From: an uncultured Mycoplasmatota bacterium
GTDB lineage: Bacteria > Bacillota_I > Bacilli_A > RF39 > UBA660
Direction of reading: 5' to 3'
NCBI GenBank assembly: GCA_947643405.1
Contig: CANRVY010000003.1
Coordinates: 3,072 to 67,071, forward strand
DNA: 64,000 bases
Below are positions 59,103 through 64,000 of the stretch, piece by piece; positions within the stretch are counted from its first letter, which is position 1; each line of letters starts with the position of its first letter. The notes under the pieces were generated by a model that had not been told where the DNA came from, searched no databases, and saw only the letters and a list, made by a program, of their open reading frames with translations. The translations under genes and the position numbers were made by a program.

Positions 59103-59828
59103 TTATACTGGTAAATTCCTTTCTATTAATGGAATGTCTTTTTCTAAAATTCTATTTACATTTTGCTTTAAAAGAGGAGTCACTTTACTCATATAAACTG
59201 TTAAAGAAGCATTTGATTCCTTTAACTCTATCGTTTCACTTAACACTTTTCCCATATCAATAGTAGGAACTAACAAGATTCTTTCTATTTCTTCTTTTAA
59301 TAATGGATAATGAGTACAACCTAAAACAGCTGCTTCATATTCATTATTTTGAAGTGATTTTAGTTCTTTTTCTATGTCTAGTTGTTCTGATAAACCTTCT
59401 AAATAAGGTACAAAATTTGGACAACTTAAAGGATAAACTTCAATTCCTTCTTGTTTTAACTTTCTTTCAAAGATACCATTTTTTATAGTTGCTGGCGTTG
59501 CAAGTAAAACAACTTTTTGATAATACTTTTTTACATATTCTACGGTAGGATCAATCACATTATCAATTGGAATTTTTGTATATTTTTGATATTCATCCAC
59601 TAAGCTACTGCATGTACCACACGCGATCACAATTCTATCAACGTGATTTTCTTCAAAAAAGCGGATAATTCTAACTCCTAGTTTTATCAATTCTTCTTTA
59701 CTCTTTTCCCCATATGGCAAATAAAATGTATCCCCATAATAAAGATATTCTAATTTAGGATATTGATTGATCAATTCTTTTAAAACATTTAATCCACCTA
59801 TTCCTGAATCAAATACACCAATTTTCAT
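59103..59828 (-). CDS. murI: Glutamate racemase
   Basis: IGVFDSGIGGL and ACGTCS catalytic Cys motifs. Confidence 0.95.
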   Translation of the reverse strand: MKIGVFDSGIGGLNVLKELINQYPKLEYLYYGDTFYLPYGEKSKEELIKLGVRIIRFFEENHVDRIVIACGTCSSLVDEYQKYTKIPIDNVIDPTVEYVKKYYQKVVLLATPATIKNGIFERKLKQEGIEVYPLSCPNFVPYLEGLSEQLDIEKELKSLQNNEYEAAVLGCTHYPLLKEEIERILLVPTIDMGKVLSETIELKESNASLTVYMSKVTPLLKQNVNRILEKDIPLIERNLPV

Positions 59829-60760
59829 ATTTCACTCTCCTCTTTGAACAATTTTTGAATATTCTTTTTTGGAACCAACATTTCAATTTCTTTTTGAACA
59901 TGAAAATGAAAAACTCTTTCCGTTGTAGCATATTCTTCTCCATCTAGACACCAAGATTCGTCTATCCTATGCTTCAATTTTATGGTTAATTTATTCGTCC
60001 GATAATATATAATATTAGGAACCCTTTTTACTACAGGAGTTAATAATGCAGGTATCATTTTAATTAATTCTCTTTTTGTTCTCGCTTTACAAAATGCAAC
60101 TTCAAACATATTATCATTCAATTTCACATTTTTATAAAGATGTTCTAAGCCTGCTATACGATTACTATTTGTGATAAACAGAAAGGAAAAATCACCTTCT
60201 TTTTTTTGACCATCTATTTCATATTCGATAGAATATTGTTTTAATTTACTACATATTCTTTTCATTCCATACAATATATAGGCAAATTTTCCAAATCTTT
60301 CTTTTAGTTTTCTAGGAGTTGCATAAGAAACATCTACATAATTTCCAAGACATGCAACATAAACAAAAGGTTTCAAGTTTAAAGAACAAGTATCAATTTT
60401 TTTTATTGTTCCATTTAAAAGCAATTCTAAATCCTTTTTGTAATTTTTTGTATATCCATACATAGATCCAACATCATTGGTAGTTCCTATAGGAAGACTT
60501 GCTAACAAAAGTTTTTTTTCGCGCATTAAATTCCCTGTTATTCCCTCATTTAAAGTCCCATCTCCTCCTGCAATAATAACCAAAGAATAGTCATCATCCA
60601 AGTTAAATACTATAGTAGTAGCATCTCCTTGCTTTGATGTTTTAAAAAAGATAACTTCATAGCAGTAACTATTTAAAGTCTTTTCTATGACCTTTAAGAA
60701 ATCTTTCTTATTTTTTCGTTTTCCACTTTTTGGATTATAAATTACCGCACATTTTTTCAT
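59825..60760 (-). CDS. Diacylglycerol/lipid kinase (DagK/YegS family)
   Basis: IIAGGDGTLNEG motif. Confidence 0.85.
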   Translation of the reverse strand: MKKCAVIYNPKSGKRKNKKDFLKVIEKTLNSYCYEVIFFKTSKQGDATTIVFNLDDDYSLVIIAGGDGTLNEGITGNLMREKKLLLASLPIGTTNDVGSMYGYTKNYKKDLELLLNGTIKKIDTCSLNLKPFVYVACLGNYVDVSYATPRKLKERFGKFAYILYGMKRICSKLKQYSIEYEIDGQKKEGDFSFLFITNSNRIAGLEHLYKNVKLNDNMFEVAFCKARTKRELIKMIPALLTPVVKRVPNIIYYRTNKLTIKLKHRIDESWCLDGEEYATTERVFHFHVQKEIEMLVPKKNIQKLFKEESEI

Positions 60761-60786
60761 ACTATCACCCTTAAAAAAAAGAAGAT

Positions 60787-61299
60787 TTACTCCTTTTCAG
60801 CAAATTTCATATCTAAAATACAATCCAATTTGTCTATGACAGGGAATCCTTTGTCTTTACTTAAATCTGTAGAGAATTGAACTCCTATTCCGCCTTCTTT
60901 TTCCCACTCTATTAAATTTCCTGAATAGTCATCAATTAAAATAGAATCTTTAGTAGAACACATTTTTGTTTTAGAAAGTTCTCTTGGTACAGGAATAATT
61001 GTTACATCTTTCATATATTTTCGAATGAAATTAATTTTCGCAATTGCTTCATCTACAGAATTTACATGTGTTAAAATGGCAAGGTTACACTTTCCTGATG
61101 CATAAAGTTTTTTCATACACCCAAATGCATCATTAATAATTGGTGTTAAAGTAAGTATCTTTTTCCAATTCAAATTAGAATAAAACTCACTCATTTTTTC
61201 ACTGTCACTTTTATCTACTTCTAATCGATCTAACATATCATATGTAACACGATTAGTATCCATGATTACTCCATCAAAATCAATATAAATATTTTTCAT
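60787..61299 (-). CDS. HAD-superfamily 5'(3')-deoxyribonucleotidase-like phosphatase
   Basis: IYIDFDGV motif I. AAGGAGG RBS before the ATG at 61299. Confidence 0.7.
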   Translation of the reverse strand: MKNIYIDFDGVIMDTNRVTYDMLDRLEVDKSDSEKMSEFYSNLNWKKILTLTPIINDAFGCMKKLYASGKCNLAILTHVNSVDEAIAKINFIRKYMKDVTIIPVPRELSKTKMCSTKDSILIDDYSGNLIEWEKEGGIGVQFSTDLSKDKGFPVIDKLDCILDMKFAEKE

Positions 61300-62032
61300 G
61301 TTTTCCTCCTTTTGTATGTTCTTCATTTTTCATATAAAATTCATTTAATTCATGTGCTGCCATTAATAATTTTTTTGAATAAGGAATTCTTAAATAAATT
61401 GGATTTAAACAAGAAATGGTATCCTCCATATAAGTAATTCTAATTCTATCCAAGGCATCTGCATCTTTTAAAATGGAAAATAAAGTATAAAAAGTTTTTT
61501 TGTCTGTAATTCCATATTTTCTCATGATACGATCTGCATCAGTATCTTCTAATGAATGAATTTCTACAATACTTTGTAACAATTTTACAAAGTTTTGATT
61601 TTCATAGATTGGATCATTTACAAGTTCTATGATTGCTTCAGCACTTCTTTCCCCATGACTAGGATCTACACAATCATTCACCCTTCCAATATCATGATAC
61701 TTAGAAGCATCTAAAACAATTCTTACACAGATTTCATCAATTCCACATTGCAATGATAAAATATAAGCCCAAAACAAAACTCTTTCATTATGATTAATTC
61801 CATGAATAAAACTAGTATAAAGTTCCTCTTCATCAATTGTATCTAATTCTTGTTTTAATCGATCAATATTTCCTTCTCTCATCAATTGTTTCAAAATTTC
61901 TATTAAAGATGATTGTTTTGGATTAGAATGAATCGTTTCTATATATTGTTCATTATTTTGCTTTTTCATAAAATCTTCATTCAAAGTTTGATTTAAATTT
62001 CCACCTAAAAATAATTCTAATAAATAATGCAT
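61280..62032 (-). CDS. HD-domain protein
   Basis: HNERV...KYHDIGR motifs. Confidence 0.7.
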   Translation of the reverse strand: MHYLLELFLGGNLNQTLNEDFMKKQNNEQYIETIHSNPKQSSLIEILKQLMREGNIDRLKQELDTIDEEELYTSFIHGINHNERVLFWAYILSLQCGIDEICVRIVLDASKYHDIGRVNDCVDPSHGERSAEAIIELVNDPIYENQNFVKLLQSIVEIHSLEDTDADRIMRKYGITDKKTFYTLFSILKDADALDRIRITYMEDTISCLNPIYLRIPYSKKLLMAAHELNEFYMKNEEHTKGGKHEKYLY

Positions 62033-62094
62033 GTTAAAAACCTTCTTCTTCTACATTATATCATATAAAAAACATGACTCGCAAATTTATGAAA

Positions 62095-63303
62095 TTAATG
62101 TTCCTTTCTATACTGTAAAACCTTAGCTCTATGGTTTAATAATTTCTGATAACTAATCTGTTTTAAATCTTCTCCTGACCATAAACCTTTTTGTGGATTT
62201 TGCTCTGGTCCAAACATAATATGATTTTCTATATCATTCAATATTTCGTTTGGTAAAAGTCTTAATAGGTTACTTGCATCACAACACGGTTTACCATCTC
62301 TGATTTTCCCTCGAATAAAAGCTTCTAATAAAGGATAAACAAACTCTGGACTTTTTAGTTTTTCTTCTGGAGATTTCGCTAACCACTCTGAAACCACAAG
62401 ATCTCCCCCATAATAAAGTATCAAACTTAAAATTTCAGGATCAGTTCTATAACATTCTGGAAGAGCATTTAATTTTGTAGTATTCATTGGATTAAATTCA
62501 CCACATTCAGCAAATACTTGTAATAATCCTATAATAAAATTTTTATCTTTTAGGATTTCTGAAGAAGCATAACAAAGACAACTTAAGTCTCCGTTTTCTA
62601 CGATTAAAGTCATTACTTTTTTAGAAGAAATAGATATCGGAGATTCAAATAGTAATCCATGTATGGATAAGAAAAGCTTTGCTTTTCCTTCTTCTGAAAA
62701 ACGCTCAAAGTCTACTACTAGATCTCTACTTTCAATCTTTGAACTAACAATTGTCTTATATATTCTTTCTAATGAAAAATTATAATTATACATTTTATAT
62801 AAGAAAAGCAATTCCTCTTCTGTATATTCTACTTTAGATTGTAATTCTAAAATATGTTGATGATTATAATATCTGCTTTCTAATTCCTCTATGTAAAATT
62901 GATTTTTTTCTGAATCTATTTCTTTCAATTTTCTAATTACTTCTGGAAGATATTGAACTGCAATCTCTATAATCGAGTTATAGTAATCTGAATTTCCATT
63001 ATATTCAATATAATGCATCAGTTCATTATCATCATAAACCTGTACTATTTTAAAATATAAAATCGGAATCAATTTTTCTTTTTCTAAAACATAGTAAACA
63101 TAAATATCTCCAGCCTCTAGCACTCTACCAGTCGTTCTTAAATCTACACCACAAAGTTGAGCTTTACATTCATCAAGACTTTGGGCAATTTCCCAACTCC
63201 TTCTACTATCTTTTAAGTCTTCATATAAATCATGATAAGATGCTCTTTCTCCCTCTGGTTTACAAACTGTTTTTTCATACTTTTTCCAAATTCCTTGTTC
63301 CAT
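62095..63303 (-). CDS. Hypothetical protein (402 aa)
   Basis: Long ORF with coding-like composition. No motif recognized. Confidence 0.5.
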   Translation of the reverse strand: MEQGIWKKYEKTVCKPEGERASYHDLYEDLKDSRRSWEIAQSLDECKAQLCGVDLRTTGRVLEAGDIYVYYVLEKEKLIPILYFKIVQVYDDNELMHYIEYNGNSDYYNSIIEIAVQYLPEVIRKLKEIDSEKNQFYIEELESRYYNHQHILELQSKVEYTEEELLFLYKMYNYNFSLERIYKTIVSSKIESRDLVVDFERFSEEGKAKLFLSIHGLLFESPISISSKKVMTLIVENGDLSCLCYASSEILKDKNFIIGLLQVFAECGEFNPMNTTKLNALPECYRTDPEILSLILYYGGDLVVSEWLAKSPEEKLKSPEFVYPLLEAFIRGKIRDGKPCCDASNLLRLLPNEILNDIENHIMFGPEQNPQKGLWSGEDLKQISYQKLLNHRAKVLQYRKEH

Positions 63304-63421
63304 CTTTACAACCTCCTGAAAACTATTTAATATATTATATCAGACCAAAATGCACAAAGTCTACAAAAATTTTATAAGGTTAGTTTCTTTAAAGTATACA
63401 AAAAAATAGATTTTAAAAAAC

Positions 63422-63973
63422 CTATTTTAAAGCATCTACTAATTCTGCTTTTTTCATTGTAGAATATCCTTCTACACCTTTTGCTTTTGCCATTTCACGA
63501 AGTTCTGCTACTGTAAGCTTTGATAAATCTGTACTTTCTTTCTTTTCTGCTTTTGGAGCTTCTTTTTTAGCTTCTTTTTTCACTTCGATTTTTACTTCAT
63601 TTTTAGCAGAAACTTTTCCATTTAATGCATCTTTTGCAATTGTTACTAAATCTGTGAAAGATGCAGGATTATCAATTGCTATTTCAGCTAACATTTTTCT
63701 ATTGATTGTTACTCCAGCTTTATTTAATCCGTTAATAAATTTAGAATAACTAATTTCATTTTCACGACAAGCTGCGTTAATTCTAATAATCCATAATTTT
63801 CTAAATTCTCTTTTATTTTGTCTTCTATCTCTATATGCATATTTTCCAGAATGCATTACTTGTTCTTTGGCAGTTTTATATAATCTATGTTTACTTCCAA
63901 AATATCCTTTTGCTTGTTTCATCACTTTCTTGTGACGAGCACGTGTTACTGTTCCAGTCTTTACTCTTGGCAT
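63422..63973 (-). CDS. rplT: 50S ribosomal protein L20 with a C-terminal K/E-rich extension ending in a Rho_N/SAP-like helix-hairpin motif
   Basis: The first 118 aa are canonical L20 (MPRVKTG...[24 protein letters not shown]). They are followed by about 65 extra residues (…[34 protein letters not shown]). Confidence 0.9.
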   Translation of the reverse strand: MPRVKTGTVTRARHKKVMKQAKGYFGSKHRLYKTAKEQVMHSGKYAYRDRRQNKREFRKLWIIRINAACRENEISYSKFINGLNKAGVTINRKMLAEIAIDNPASFTDLVTIAKDALNGKVSAKNEVKIEVKKEAKKEAPKAEKKESTDLSKLTVAELREMAKAKGVEGYSTMKKAELVDALK

Positions 63974-64000
63974 TTTAAATTCCTCCTTTAATACTAAATA

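Noticed and set aside
1-64000. tRNA/rRNA genes
   Set aside because: No tRNA-like T-arm (GTTCGAATC-type) or rRNA-like conserved stretch was found on either strand.

Overview
The window is AT-rich (under 30% GC by eye) and densely coding, typical of a low-GC Firmicutes chromosome. The organism is a spore-former: a spoVAC-spoVAD-spoVAEB tricistron is present, and spoIVFA/spoIVFB-like genes sit next to rplU-prp-rpmA-obg in the same order as in Bacillus subtilis. Most of the window is housekeeping (obg, L21/Prp/L27, L20, gatCAB, mutY, uvdE, tex, ldh, murI, trmB, tmcAL, a Y-family polymerase) and cell-envelope genes (three tandem M15B D,D-carboxypeptidases, YfhO, a MacB-type ABC exporter, and an ECF sigma/anti-sigma pair with an MBOAT-DHHW acylation pair).

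Four things stand out beyond the annotatable genes:
- **Tandem toxin-antitoxin-like repeat (9925-10798).** A 369-bp intergenic module is duplicated in tandem. Each copy carries a perfect sigma-A promoter driving a 32-aa hydrophobic peptide gene, which converges on a promoter-to-terminator small RNA. This is the architecture of an unannotated type I toxin-antitoxin pair.
- **Integrase island (about 47.2-51.8 kb).** A tyrosine integrase is followed by two unknown proteins and an Amidoligase_2-family enzyme, and the cargo genes share conserved 5'-UTR hairpins and an upstream 17-nt motif.
- **Lone Flp-type prepilin gene** (2375-2575), divergent from a DUF192 gene.
- **Lone TcdE-type holin** (42631-43029) next to a frameshifted SIMPL-domain gene.

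No rRNA, tRNA or CRISPR array was found.
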